From: Actinomycetes bacterium
GTDB lineage: Bacteria; Actinomycetota; CALGFH01
NCBI GenBank assembly: GCA_036003705.1
Contig: DASYSE010000102.1
Location: forward strand, 4,965 to 68,964
Direction of reading: 5' to 3'
DNA length: 64,000 nucleotides
The position numbers and the translations under genes are program-made. Within the stretch, counting starts at the first letter, position 1. Each line of letters opens with the position of its first letter. This document shows, piece after piece, positions 9,521 to 19,358 of the stretch. The notes beneath the pieces are model-generated. The model had not been told where the DNA came from. It saw nothing but the letters and a program-made list of their open reading frames with translations, and did not search any database.

Positions 9521-10943
9521 CCACGGGCCTCCGTCGGCCTGGCCGCTGCGCTGCCGGCCGGAATGGTTCGCCGGGCTGCCCGTGCTGGTCGCCGGGCTCG
9601 GCCGCTCCGGACGGTCGGCCGCCCGCCAGCTCGCCGAGGCCGGGGCCGACGTGCTCGCCTGCGACGACGCACCCGAGGTGGACGCCGGCGAGCTGGCCGC
9701 CTTCGGGGTCAAGACCTACCTCGGGCCGGGCGGCCCCGAGCTGCTCGACGGCCGCGCCCTGCTGGTCGTTGCCCCCGGCCTGCCCGAGGCCCACCCGCTC
9801 ATCAAGGCAGCGCTGGCGTCCGGGGTCCCGGTCTGGAGCGAGATCGAGCTGGCGGCAAGGGTCGCGACCATGCCGCTGGTCGGGGTCACCGGCACCAACG
9901 GCAAGACCACCACCACCGAGCTGGCCGCGGCCATGCTGACCGCGTCGGGCCTGCACGCCGTGGCCGCCGGCAACGTCGGGCTCCCCCTGATCGAGGCCGT
10001 GCTGGATCGCCACCCGCCCGAGGCGGCGGTGGTCGAGCTGTCCAGCTTCCAGCTCCGCTTCACCTGGACCCTGCACCTGCACGCCGGGGCCTGGCTCAAC
10101 TTCGCCGCCGACCACCTCGACTGGCATCCCGACCTGGCCGCCTACGAGGAGGCCAAGGCCACCATCTGGGCCAACCAGGGACCAGACGACTGGTCGCTGT
10201 ACGCCGCCGACGACCCGGTGGTCGCCGCCAACGCGCAGCGCGCCCCCGGCACCGGGGTGCCGTTCACCGTCGGGCACCCCGCCCCGGGCGGGCTCGGCCT
10301 GGAGGCCGGCGTCGCCGTGTCCCGCATCCCCGGCCACGAGGGCGGGCTGTGGCGGGCGGCCGCCCTGCGCCTCCCAGGACGCCACAACCTGGCCAACGCC
10401 ATCGCCGCCTCGGGGGTCGCCCTCGCCCTCGGCGCCCACCCGGCCGGCATGGCCAGGGCGGTGGCCGCCTTCCGGGCCGGGCCGCACCGGCTGGCACCGG
10501 TCGGCGAGGTCCGCGGGGTCGCGTTCGTGAACGACTCCAAGGCCACCAACCCGCACGCCGCCGCCCGTGCCCTGGCCGCCTTCCCGCGGGTCGTCTGGGT
10601 CGCCGGCGGTCGCAACAAGGGCCTGAGCTTCGACGAGCTGGTCGACGGCGCCCTCGACCGGCTGGTCGGGGTGGTGCTGGTCGGCGAGGCGGCCGACGAG
10701 CTGGCCGCCGCCCTCGAGCTGGCCGGCTACCCGGGGCCGGTGGTGCGGGCCGCCTCGATCGGGGAGGCGGTGACGGTCGGGTTCGGCCTGGCCGACCCGG
10801 GCGACACCGTGCTGCTCGCCCCGGCCTGCGCCAGCCACGACATGTTCTCCGGCTACGCCGAACGGGGGCTGGCGTTCGAGGCCGCCGTCGGGCGTCTCGC
10901 CGCCCGCCACGACCCGCAGGGCGGTGGCCATGGCGGCGCGTGA
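9513..10943 (+). CDS. murD: UDP-N-acetylmuramoylalanine--D-glutamate ligase MurD
   Basis: VGVTGTNGKTTTTELAAAML and Mur ligase domains, at the conserved dcw position. Confidence 0.9.
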   Translation: MASHGPPSAWPLRCRPEWFAGLPVLVAGLGRSGRSAARQLAEAGADVLACDDAPEVDAGELAAFGVKTYLGPGGPELLDGRALLVVAPGLPEAHPLIKAALASGVPVWSEIELAARVATMPLVGVTGTNGKTTTTELAAAMLTASGLHAVAAGNVGLPLIEAVLDRHPPEAAVVELSSFQLRFTWTLHLHAGAWLNFAADHLDWHPDLAAYEEAKATIWANQGPDDWSLYAADDPVVAANAQRAPGTGVPFTVGHPAPGGLGLEAGVAVSRIPGHEGGLWRAAALRLPGRHNLANAIAASGVALALGAHPAGMARAVAAFRAGPHRLAPVGEVRGVAFVNDSKATNPHAAARALAAFPRVVWVAGGRNKGLSFDELVDGALDRLVGVVLVGEAADELAAALELAGYPGPVVRAASIGEAVTVGFGLADPGDTVLLAPACASHDMFSGYAERGLAFEAAVGRLAARHDPQGGGHGGA

Positions 10944-12300
10944 CGCCCGCCGGCCGGCCAGGGCGGCCAGGCCGCTGCTGGGCGCCGGCTCCACCTACTG
11001 GCTGCTGCTCGCGGTCGCCGTCGCGCTGCTGGTGATCGGGATGGTCATGGTGCTGTCGGCCTCCTCGGTGGCCGCCTTCGCCAAGCACAACGACTCCTAC
11101 GCCTACTTCAAGCGCCAGCTGCTGTGGGTGGTCGGCGGGGTGGTGGTGATGCTGGTGGTCAGCCGGATCAGCTACCGGTTCTGGCGCCGGCTGGGCACGC
11201 CGCTGCTGGTGCTCGCCACCGCCGGCCTGGTGCTCGTGCTCATCCACCCAGGGGCGGTGTCGGCCTACGGGTCCACCCGCTGGATCTCGGTCGGCGCCGG
11301 CATCAGCGTCCAGCCGGCCGAGCTCGCCAAGCTCGCCCTGCTGCTGTTCTCGGCCGACGTGCTCACCCGCAAGGCTCCCCTGCTCGGCGATGTCCGCCAC
11401 CTGCTGGTGCCGGTGCTGCCGCTGACCATGCTGCTGGCCGCCCTGGTGATGCTGGAGCCCGACCTCGGCACCACCCTGCTGCTGTGCTCGATCGCCTTCG
11501 GGATGCTGTTCGTGGCCGGCGCCCCGCTGCTGCTGCTCGGCGGGGTCGGGTCGCTCGGTCTGGCCGCCGGCATGGGCCTGATCATGAGCGCCGACTACCG
11601 GCGGTCGCGGTTCCTGTCGTTCATGGACCCTGCCGCCGACCCGCAGAACGGCGGCTACCAGTTCATCCAGGGGCGCCTGGCCCTCGGCTCGGGCGGCCTG
11701 CTGGGGGTCGGCCTTGGGGCGGGACGGCAGAAGTGGTCCTATGTGCCCAACGCCCACACCGACTTCATCTTCGCCATCATCGGGGAGGAGCTCGGCCTGC
11801 TCGGCACCCTCTCGATCCTGCTGCTGTTCGTCGCCTTCGCCTATGGCGGGGTGCGGGTCGCCCAGCGCGCCCCCGACCCGTTCGGCCGCTACCTGGCCGG
11901 CGGCATCACCGTCTGGATCGTGGTCCAGGCCCTGGTCAACATCGGCGCGGTGGTCGGCGTGCTGCCGATCACCGGGGTGCCGCTGCCGCTGGTCTCCTTC
12001 GGCGGGTCCAGCATGCTGGTGCTGCTGGCCGCCACCGGGATGCTGCTCAACGTGGCCAGGCACGAGGTCTGGTCGGTGCGCCCCGCGGTGATCGCGACCA
12101 CGGCCGCGGCCGAGCGCCGGGGGCGGCGGGCCGCCGGTCGCGCCCCGTCCCGCCCGGCCAGGGGACGCCCGGCCGCCGTGACCACCACCCGCGGCGGCGG
12201 CCACCGCCAGACCCCGGCCCAGAAGGCCAAGGCCGACGCCGAACGGGCCGGGAGGGGGGGCAGGCCTCCGACCCGCACCCAAGGAAAGGAACCACGATGA
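10924..12300 (+). CDS. ftsW: Lipid II flippase / peptidoglycan glycosyltransferase FtsW (SEDS family)
   Basis: Polytopic protein with FtsW/RodA motifs (GSGGLLGVGLGAGRQKWSYVPNAHTDFIFAIIGEELG), at the conserved position between murD and murG. Confidence 0.9.
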   Translation: MAMAARDARRPARAARPLLGAGSTYWLLLAVAVALLVIGMVMVLSASSVAAFAKHNDSYAYFKRQLLWVVGGVVVMLVVSRISYRFWRRLGTPLLVLATAGLVLVLIHPGAVSAYGSTRWISVGAGISVQPAELAKLALLLFSADVLTRKAPLLGDVRHLLVPVLPLTMLLAALVMLEPDLGTTLLLCSIAFGMLFVAGAPLLLLGGVGSLGLAAGMGLIMSADYRRSRFLSFMDPAADPQNGGYQFIQGRLALGSGGLLGVGLGAGRQKWSYVPNAHTDFIFAIIGEELGLLGTLSILLLFVAFAYGGVRVAQRAPDPFGRYLAGGITVWIVVQALVNIGAVVGVLPITGVPLPLVSFGGSSMLVLLAATGMLLNVARHEVWSVRPAVIATTAAAERRGRRAAGRAPSRPARGRPAAVTTTRGGGHRQTPAQKAKADAERAGRGGRPPTRTQGKEPR

Positions 12301-13748
12301 ACGCCGCCACCCCGCGGCCGGGCGCCAGCCCCGAGACCGCCGCCCCCGAGCCGGGGACGGGCGGTCTGCCGGCGCCCGAGGACCGGCCCGGCCTCTCGCT
12401 GCTGGTGGCCGCCGGCGGGACCGGAGGGCACGTGTTCCCCGGCCTGGCCCTCGCCCGCACCATCGTCCGGCACGACCCGAACGCGACCGTGCGGTTCGCG
12501 GGCACCACCAGAGGCATCGAGACCAGGGCGGTGCCGGAGGCCGGCTTCGCCCTCGACCTGCTGCCGATCCTGCCCCTGTCACGCCGGCTGGCCCGCGAGA
12601 CCCTGCTCGCCCCGTTCGCGGCCGTCAACGGCACCCTCGCCGCCCGCCGGCTGCTGCGCCGCCATCGCTTCGACGTGGTCTGCGGCATGGGCGGCTACGT
12701 CACCCTCCCGGTCGCCATGGCCGCCCGGCTGGAGGGCGTGCCGGTGGTGCTCCACGAGCAGAACGCCGTGCCCGGGATCGCCAACCGGCTGGCGGCAAGG
12801 GTGGCCAGGCGGATCGCCGTCGGCGTGGCCGCCGCGGCCGCCGCCTTCCCGCCCGACCGCACGGTCGTGGTCGGCAACCCGGTCCGGCCCGAGCTGGCCA
12901 GGCTCGACCGGCAGCGCCTGCACGACGAGGCGGTCGCCGCCTTCGGCCTCGACCCGGACCGGCGCACCCTGTTCGTGTTCGGGGGCAGCCAGGGTTCCCG
13001 CCGCATCAACCAGGCGGTGGTCGCGGCCACCGCGCGCTGGCCGGCGCCCGAGCGCATCCAGGTGCTGCACGCCTGCGGCCGGCGCGACGAGGCCGAGGTG
13101 CGGGCCGGCTGGGCCGAGGCCGACCCCGACGGGCGCGGGCTGCTGATCAAGGTGGTCCCGTTCGTCGACCGCATGGACCTGGCCTACGCCGCCGCCGACC
13201 TGGCCCTGACCAGGGCGGGCGCGATCACCATGGCCGAGCTGACCGCGGCGGGGATGCCGGCCGTGATGGTCCCGCTGCCCCACGCGACCGCCGACCACCA
13301 GGCGGCCAACGCGCGGACGGTCGCCGCGGCCGGCGGCGCCGTGGTGGTCGACGACGCCACCCTCGACGGCCCGGCGGTCGTCGCCGCCGCCGCCCCGCTG
13401 CTGGCCGACCCCGACCGGCTGGCCGGCATGGCCGCGGCCATGCACGAGCTTGCCCACCCGGCCGCCGCCGAGGAGCTGGCCGCCCTGGTCGTGGAGGCCT
13501 CCGGCCGTGCCACCCGGGAGGAGTTCCTGGCCGCGGTGGCCGCGGCCGCGGCCCCGGTCGACCGGGAGGCCTCCGGCTGGTTCGAGTCGGCCGCCGCCCC
13601 GGCCGGCGGTCCCACCGTGCAGCGCCGGGTCGACCGGCGCACCAAGCGCATGGAGGCCTACCCGCCGATCGACCGCACCGCCCCTTCCGGCGCCGGGTCC
13701 CCCGGCGCCGCCGGCGAGTCCCCTGGCGATCAGGAAGCAGGGCCATGA
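12297..13748 (+). CDS. murG: UDP-N-acetylglucosamine--N-acetylmuramyl-(pentapeptide) pyrophosphoryl-undecaprenol GlcNAc transferase MurG, with a ~100-aa Ala/Pro-rich C-terminal extension
   Basis: LLVAAGGTGGHVFPGLALA N-terminal GT28 motif. The ATG overlaps the ftsW stop. The track's 11124 start is a frame fusion over ftsW. Confidence 0.85.
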   Translation: MNAATPRPGASPETAAPEPGTGGLPAPEDRPGLSLLVAAGGTGGHVFPGLALARTIVRHDPNATVRFAGTTRGIETRAVPEAGFALDLLPILPLSRRLARETLLAPFAAVNGTLAARRLLRRHRFDVVCGMGGYVTLPVAMAARLEGVPVVLHEQNAVPGIANRLAARVARRIAVGVAAAAAAFPPDRTVVVGNPVRPELARLDRQRLHDEAVAAFGLDPDRRTLFVFGGSQGSRRINQAVVAATARWPAPERIQVLHACGRRDEAEVRAGWAEADPDGRGLLIKVVPFVDRMDLAYAAADLALTRAGAITMAELTAAGMPAVMVPLPHATADHQAANARTVAAAGGAVVVDDATLDGPAVVAAAAPLLADPDRLAGMAAAMHELAHPAAAEELAALVVEASGRATREEFLAAVAAAAAPVDREASGWFESAAAPAGGPTVQRRVDRRTKRMEAYPPIDRTAPSGAGSPGAAGESPGDQEAGP

Positions 13749-15253
13749 GCGGACCGGGGCCGGCCGGGGGGGCCGCCGGTGGGACGCCCGCCGGGCGGGG
13801 CCTGCCGGCGGGTCCGCGGCCGCCGACCGGCGCCGGCATCGACCTCGGCTCCGGGCGCCGGACCGTGCACCTGGTCGGGGCCGGCGGGGCCGGCATGAGC
13901 GGCCTTGCCCGGCTGCTGCTGGCCGCCGGCCATCGTGTCACCGGCTCCGACCGCAGCGGGTCGGCCACCCTTGACGCGCTGCGGGCGCTCGGCGCCGACG
14001 TCTGGGCCGGCCACGACGCGGCCCGGCTGGGGCGGCCCGACCTGGTCGTCGCCTCGACCGCGATCCGGGCCACCAACCCCGAGCTGGTCGCGGCCCGTCT
14101 GCTCGACGTCCCCGTGCTCGGCCGGGCCCAGCTGCTGGCCCTGCTGATGGCGGGCAAGGTCGGCATCGCGGTCGCCGGCACCCACGGCAAGACCACCACC
14201 ACCGGGATGGTGGTCGCCATCCTGGAGGCGGCCGGGCTCGACCCGTCGTTCGCGGTCGGGGGCGACTTCAAGGCCACCGGGATCAACGCCGCCGCCGGCC
14301 GCGGCCCACACTTCGTCGCCGAGGCCGACGAGTCGGACGGGTCGTTCCTGGAGCTGGCGCCCACCGTGGCCGTCGTCACCAACGTCGAGGCCGATCACCT
14401 GGACCACTGGGGCGACCTGGAGGCCGTCCGGGCCGCCTTTCGGGCGTTCGTCGGCCGGCTCCCGGCCGGCGGCGCGGCCGTCCTCTGCGCCGACGATCCC
14501 GGCGCGCTCGACCTGGCCGGCGCCGCCGCCTGCCAGGTGGTGACCTACGGGCTGTCGGCCGGCGCCGAGGTCGGGGGCGAGCTGCTGGCGCTGGACGGCC
14601 GCGGCGCCCGCTTCGCCGTTGTCGCCGGCGGCGAGCGGCTCGGCGAGGTCGCCCTCGCCGTCCCCGGGCGCCACAACGTGGTCAACGCGCTGGGGGCGAT
14701 CGCCGCGGCCCTGCCCGCCGGGGCGTCGTTCAAGGCCGCGGTCGCCGGTCTCGCCCGGTTCACGGGCGCGGCCAGGCGCTTCCACCTCCGGGCCGAGGCC
14801 GGCGGGGTCACCGTGGTCGACGACTACGCCCACCATCCCACCGAGGTCGCGGCCAGCCTGGCCGCGGCCAGGCTCGGCGCCTGGAAGCGGGTGGTGGCCG
14901 TGTTCCAGCCCCACCTGTACTCCCGCACCCGGCTGTTCGCCGACGAGTTCGGGCGGGCCCTGGCCGCCGGCGCGGACCTGGTGGTGGTCGCCGACGTCTA
15001 CGCGGCCAGGGAGGACCCCGAGCCAGGGGTGGACGGCGCCCTGGTCGCCGGGGCCGCCATCCGAGCCCGACCCGACCTCGACTGCGTCTACGAACCCGAC
15101 CGGGCCGCACTGGCCGCCCGGGTGGCCACCCTGGTCCAGCCCGGCGACCTGGTCCTCACCCTGGGCGCCGGCGACATCACCACCCTGGCCGACGAGCTCG
15201 CCCCGCTGCTCTCGGCGGGCCACCGGACAACACCTCCGGAGGCGGCCTCGTGA
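13745..15253 (+). CDS. murC: UDP-N-acetylmuramate--L-alanine ligase MurC
   Basis: VHLVGAGGAGMSGLARLL and VAGTHGKTTTTGMVVAIL motifs. The ATG overlaps the murG stop. Confidence 0.9.
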   Translation: MSGPGPAGGAAGGTPAGRGLPAGPRPPTGAGIDLGSGRRTVHLVGAGGAGMSGLARLLLAAGHRVTGSDRSGSATLDALRALGADVWAGHDAARLGRPDLVVASTAIRATNPELVAARLLDVPVLGRAQLLALLMAGKVGIAVAGTHGKTTTTGMVVAILEAAGLDPSFAVGGDFKATGINAAAGRGPHFVAEADESDGSFLELAPTVAVVTNVEADHLDHWGDLEAVRAAFRAFVGRLPAGGAAVLCADDPGALDLAGAAACQVVTYGLSAGAEVGGELLALDGRGARFAVVAGGERLGEVALAVPGRHNVVNALGAIAAALPAGASFKAAVAGLARFTGAARRFHLRAEAGGVTVVDDYAHHPTEVAASLAAARLGAWKRVVAVFQPHLYSRTRLFADEFGRALAAGADLVVVADVYAAREDPEPGVDGALVAGAAIRARPDLDCVYEPDRAALAARVATLVQPGDLVLTLGAGDITTLADELAPLLSAGHRTTPPEAAS

Positions 15254-16245
15254 GCGGGAGCTGGCCACCGATGCCGACCCCGGTCGGGCCGGTCGACGCC
15301 GCCGTCCTCGAGGCGGCCGCGGCCGAGCTGGCCGCCCGCTGCCCCGGCCGGGTCAGCCGCGACCTGCCGCTGGCCCCGCTGACCACCTTCCGGCTCGGCG
15401 GACCGGCGGCGCTGTTCCTGCGGGCCGAGACGGTCGACGACCTCGCCGCCCTGGCCGGCGTGCTCGAGGCCGGCCGGCTGCCCCTGCTGATCATCGGGCG
15501 CGGGTCCAACATGCTGGTCGCCGACACCGGCTGGCCGGGGGTGGTGCTCCACCTCGGCCAGCACTTCCGCCGGGTCGAGGTCGACGGCGCCCAGCTGGAG
15601 GCCGGGGCGGCAACGCCCCTGCCCGCCCTGGCCGCCCGCTCGGCCAGGGCCGCCCTTGGCGGGATCGCGTTCGCGGTGGCGATCCCGGGCAGCGTCGGCG
15701 GCGGGGTGCGCATGAACGCCGGCGCCCACGGCGGCGAGCTGGCCGACCGCCTGGTGTGGGCCGACGTGTTCCACCTGACCGGCGATCCCGCCGGCCGTCC
15801 GGTGCGCATGAAACCGGACGAGCTCGGCTTCGGCTACCGGCGCTCGGCCCTGCCGGCCGGGGCGGTGGTGACCGCGGCCAGGTTCGCGCTCACCCCGGCC
15901 CCCGAGGCCTCCGTCCGCGCCGAGATCGACGAGGCCCGCCGCTGGCGGCGCGACAACCAGCCGGTGAACCAGCCCAACTGCGGCAGCGTGTTCGCCAACC
16001 CGCCGGAGATGGCCGCCGGCCGGGTGGTCGAGCTGCTCGGCATGAAGGGGGAGGGCCGCGGCGGGGCCAGGGTCAGCGAGGTCCACGCCAACTTCATCGT
16101 CGCCGCCGACGGGGCCAGGTCGGCCGACGTGCTCGCCCTCGTCCGGCGGGCGATGCGCCGGGCCCGCGACGAGCTCGGCATCACCCTGCGCACCGAGGTG
16201 CAGCTCGTCGGGGCCTTCGATCCTGACGGGGAGGAACCCCGATGA
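15250..16245 (+). CDS. murB: UDP-N-acetylenolpyruvoylglucosamine reductase MurB
   Basis: FAD-binding PCMH-type domain (LAPLTTFRLGGPA...IIGRGSNMLV) and a MurB C-terminal domain, at the conserved position. Confidence 0.85.
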   Translation: MSGSWPPMPTPVGPVDAAVLEAAAAELAARCPGRVSRDLPLAPLTTFRLGGPAALFLRAETVDDLAALAGVLEAGRLPLLIIGRGSNMLVADTGWPGVVLHLGQHFRRVEVDGAQLEAGAATPLPALAARSARAALGGIAFAVAIPGSVGGGVRMNAGAHGGELADRLVWADVFHLTGDPAGRPVRMKPDELGFGYRRSALPAGAVVTAARFALTPAPEASVRAEIDEARRWRRDNQPVNQPNCGSVFANPPEMAAGRVVELLGMKGEGRGGARVSEVHANFIVAADGARSADVLALVRRAMRRARDELGITLRTEVQLVGAFDPDGEEPR

Positions 16246-17096
16246 CCCGGCGGACCAGCCCGAGCGGGCGCGCCACCGGGGGAGCGGGACCGGCGCCCGC
16301 GCGACGCCCACGGGCCGACCGCCGGATCGCCGAGCGGCGCAAGGCCATCCTGGCGGCCAGGGTGCAGCGCCGGCGCCGCCTGCTCGGCTGGGCGCTTGCC
16401 GGCATCGCCCTCGCCGCCGGCGTCGCCTACCTGGTCAGGACGCCCCTGTTCGGCCTCAGTGCCGTACGCGTCGAGGGCACCCAGGCCCTCGAGCGCTCCC
16501 AGGTCCTCGCCGCCAGCAAGGTCCGCCTCGGCGAACCCTACCTGGGGCTCGACCTGGCCGCCATCGGCGGCCGGGTCGCGGCCATCCCGCGCGTCGCCGC
16601 CGTCCGCGTGACCCGCGACTACCCGTCCAGCCTGCGCATCACCGTCACCGAGCGGCCGCCGGTGGCCAGCGTCTCCCAGGACGGCGTCTACTGGCTGATC
16701 GCCGCCGACGGCACCGTGCTCGACGCCGCCGCCGACCACCCGCCCGGGCTGCCGTATGTTGCCCGGGTCCCGCTGCCCGCCGAGGTGGCGGCGGGCAGCC
16801 GCCTGCCGCCGGGCAACGAGCTGGCCAACGCCCTCACCGCGCTCGGCGGCCTGCGCCCGGAGCTGAAGCGCCAGGTCGTCGGCGTCAAGGCCCGGACCCT
16901 TGACGGCCTGGAGTTCACCCTCCGGGACGGGGCCAGGATCCTCTACGGCCTTGCCGTGGACCAGCCGGCCAAGGACGCCGCCGTGCTGCTGGTGCGGCGG
17001 GAGCTCGAACGAGAGGGAAGGGAGGCGCAGCGAATCGACGTCCGCAACCCGTCGGCCCCGACGGTCCAGGCGGCGCCAACGAATAACAATCAATGA
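16242..17096 (+). CDS. ftsQ: Cell division protein FtsQ (POTRA domain)
   Basis: Single TM (LLGWALAGIALAAGVAYLV) followed by a POTRA-like region VRVEGTQALERSQVLAASKVRLGEPYLGLDLAAIGGRVAAIPRVAAVRVTRDYPSSLRITVTER, at the position just upstream of ftsZ. Confidence 0.75.
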   Translation: MTRRTSPSGRATGGAGPAPARRPRADRRIAERRKAILAARVQRRRRLLGWALAGIALAAGVAYLVRTPLFGLSAVRVEGTQALERSQVLAASKVRLGEPYLGLDLAAIGGRVAAIPRVAAVRVTRDYPSSLRITVTERPPVASVSQDGVYWLIAADGTVLDAAADHPPGLPYVARVPLPAEVAAGSRLPPGNELANALTALGGLRPELKRQVVGVKARTLDGLEFTLRDGARILYGLAVDQPAKDAAVLLVRRELEREGREAQRIDVRNPSAPTVQAAPTNNNQ

Positions 17097-17099
17097 AAT

Positions 17100-17256
17100 T
17101 ACACCAGGGTAGTTGACCAGGTCAGGGGCTCCTTGTACCATCCCCGACAGCTTGAGGTTGACATAATTTGAACCTCAACTTGAGGCTCAACTTCCCCCGC
17201 TTCCCTGGCCCTCGTGCTGGGCGACGACTGTCCGTGAAACGGGCGAAGGAGGTTGG
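17100..17256 (+). promoter_or_regulatory. ftsQ-ftsZ intergenic region, AT-richer than its surroundings, holding candidate ftsZ promoters and inverted/direct repeat elements
   Basis: TTGACC(17113)-N17-TACCAT(17136). Extended -10-like TGACATAAT (17158-17166). Direct repeats CTTGAGGTTGAC / CTTGAGGCTCAAC 30 bp apart, with the inverted repeat TTGAGGTT ... AACCTCAA. RBS GAAGGAGG lies 8 nt before the ftsZ ATG. Confidence 0.4.
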
Positions 17257-17260
17257 TTGG

Positions 17261-18457
17261 ATGATGGCGGCGCCGCAGAACTACCTGGCCGTGATCAAGG
17301 TGGTCGGGATCGGCGGCGGCGGTGTCAACGCCGTCAACCGCATGATCGAGGCGAACCTGAAGGGCGTGGAGTTCATCGCCGTGAACACCGACGCCCAGGC
17401 CCTGCTGGCCTCCGACGCCGACGTCAAGCTGGACGTGGGCCGGGAGCTCACTCGCGGCCTGGGAGCCGGCTCCAACCCCGACGTCGGACGCCAGGCCGCC
17501 GAAGACCACGCCGAGGAGCTGGAGGAGGTCCTCAAGGGCGCCGACATGGTGTTCGTCACCGCCGGCGAGGGTGGCGGCACCGGCACCGGCGGCGCTCCGG
17601 TGGTCGCCCGCATCGCCAAGGCCCAGGGGGCGCTCACCATCGGGGTGGTGACCAGGCCGTTCGCCTTCGAGGGCAAGCGCCGCTCCGCCCAGGCCGACAA
17701 GGGCATCGACAGCCTCAAGCAGGAGGTCGACACCCTGATCATCATCCCCAACGACCGCCTGCTCCAGGTGGCCGAGCGCACCACCTCGATGCTGGACGCG
17801 TTCAAGCTGGCCGACCAGGTGCTGCTCCAGGGCGTCCAGGGGATCACCGACCTGATCACCATCCCCGGCCTGATCAACCTCGACTTCGCCGACGTGCGCG
17901 CGACCATGCGCGAGGCCGGCACCGCGCTCATGGGGATCGGCCAGGCCCGTGGCGAGGACCGGGCCGTTGCCGCGGCCAAGGAGGCCATCTCCTCGCCGCT
18001 GCTCGAGGCCTCGGTGGACGGGGCCAGGGGCGTCCTGCTCAACATCTCGGGCGGCTCCGACCTCGGCCTGTTCGAGGTCAACGAGGCCGCCGAGGTGATC
18101 GCCTCGGCCGCGCACCTGGACGCCAACATCATCTTCGGTGCGGTGATCGACGACGCCCTCGGGGACGAGGTCCGGGTCACGGTGATCGCGGCCGGCTTCG
18201 ACCGGACCGCCGAGCAGGCGCCCGCCGAGCCCACCCGCCCCCAGGCCGTCAGATCGGCCGACGACGAGTCGGTCTGGCCGACCCCGAGCCAGCGGCGCCC
18301 GGCCGAGAGCCGCGTCTCCCGCCCAAGCCCGGCGCCGGGCCCGGCGGAGGGCCGCGAGCCCGAGCACCGCGACCCGGACCGGCGGGAGCCAGAGCGCCGC
18401 GGGCGCTTCGACGGCGATGACGACGAGCTGGACATCCCCTCCTTCCTCAAGCGCTGA
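17261..18457 (+). CDS. ftsZ: Cell division GTPase FtsZ
   Basis: [17 protein letters not shown], the tubulin signature GGGTGTG, and a conserved C-terminal peptide [12 protein letters not shown]. The ATG at 17261 is preceded by the GAAGGAGG RBS. Confidence 0.95.
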   Translation: MMAAPQNYLAVIKVVGIGGGGVNAVNRMIEANLKGVEFIAVNTDAQALLASDADVKLDVGRELTRGLGAGSNPDVGRQAAEDHAEELEEVLKGADMVFVTAGEGGGTGTGGAPVVARIAKAQGALTIGVVTRPFAFEGKRRSAQADKGIDSLKQEVDTLIIIPNDRLLQVAERTTSMLDAFKLADQVLLQGVQGITDLITIPGLINLDFADVRATMREAGTALMGIGQARGEDRAVAAAKEAISSPLLEASVDGARGVLLNISGGSDLGLFEVNEAAEVIASAAHLDANIIFGAVIDDALGDEVRVTVIAAGFDRTAEQAPAEPTRPQAVRSADDESVWPTPSQRRPAESRVSRPSPAPGPAEGREPEHRDPDRREPERRGRFDGDDDELDIPSFLKR

Positions 18458-18521
18458 CCAGCCGCCGCCGGAAGGATCGGGCCGGAGCGCCCGGCTGGCC
18501 ACGCCGCCAGGCGATGGCCTG

Positions 18522-19358
18522 GTGAGCCTGGTCTGGCGGCCGGCGCCGCCGACCGCGGCGCGGACCGCGCCGGTGTGGCCGCCACTGCTGGTGGCGGAAG
18601 ACCTGCTGGAGACCGGGGTCGTGGCCGCGTTCACCGGCAGGGTGGGGGGCGCCTCGGGCCCGCCCCACGCGACCCTCAACCTCGGGCTGCGAGTCGGCGA
18701 CGACCTGCGGCGGGTGCTCTCCAACCGACGGCGGGTGGCCACCGTCCTCGGCCTGGCCGGGCTCCCGTGGGCGGTCGCCAGGCAGGTCCACTCGGCGGTC
18801 GTGCTCCGCGTGGAGCAGGCCCGGCTCGGGCAGGGACCGCCGGAGGCAAGGCCGCCGGTGGGGGACGGGGACGGGCTGGTCACCACCGACCCGGGGGTGG
18901 TGCTGGCGGTGCTGACCGCCGACTGCGCCCCGGTGCTGCTGGCCGACCCGGCCGCCGGGGTCGTGGGCGCGGTCCATGCCGGCTGGCGAGGGCTGGCGGA
19001 TGGCGTGGTCGAGGCCGCGGCGGCGGCCATGGCCGAGCTCGGCGCCGACCCGGCGGCCACCGTCGGGCTGATCGGCCCGGCCGTCGGCGGCTGCTGCTAC
19101 GAGGTCGGGCCCGACGTCCGGGCCGCGGTCGGCGACCGCTACCCGGCCGCCCTGGCCACCACCAGGGCCGGCCGCCCCGCCCTCGACCCCGCCGCCGGGG
19201 TCGCCCAGGCGCTCGAGAGAGCCGGGGTCGGCCAGGTCCGGGTCGCCGGGGAGTGCACCGTCGACCTGGAGGAGCGGTACTTCTCCCACCGCCGCGACCA
19301 CGGCCACACCGGCCGCCAGGCCGGCCTGATCGCCCTGCTCCCCGGGGGCGGCCGGTGA
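18522..19358 (+). CDS. pgeF: YfiH/PgeF-family laccase-domain protein (DUF152 purine nucleoside phosphorylase / peptidoglycan editing factor)
   Basis: VVAAFTGRVGG...LNLG...LTADCAPVLL...VHAGWRG...CCYEVG...YFSHRRD motifs. The start is uncertain: GTG at 18522 gives a typical length, whereas the ORF track's start at 18417 overlaps ftsZ by 41 nt. Confidence 0.75.
   Translation: MSLVWRPAPPTAARTAPVWPPLLVAEDLLETGVVAAFTGRVGGASGPPHATLNLGLRVGDDLRRVLSNRRRVATVLGLAGLPWAVARQVHSAVVLRVEQARLGQGPPEARPPVGDGDGLVTTDPGVVLAVLTADCAPVLLADPAAGVVGAVHAGWRGLADGVVEAAAAAMAELGADPAATVGLIGPAVGGCCYEVGPDVRAAVGDRYPAALATTRAGRPALDPAAGVAQALERAGVGQVRVAGECTVDLEERYFSHRRDHGHTGRQAGLIALLPGGGR

Noticed and set aside
10264-12582. 772-aa - strand ORF antisense to murD/ftsW/murG
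   Set aside because: GC-shadow ORF. The dcw genes on + are strongly supported by motifs and synteny.
11124-13748. 874-aa + strand ORF (and similar long fusions 34260..36245, 36181..37620, 43295..45358, 51651..53066)
   Set aside because: Each is a real gene at its 3' end (murG, hisB, hisA, trpE, trpA) fused to an open alternative frame over the upstream gene. Real starts were placed at stop/start overlaps.
17099-19060. 653-aa - strand ORF antisense to ftsZ/yfiH
   Set aside because: Antisense shadow. ftsZ identity is certain.
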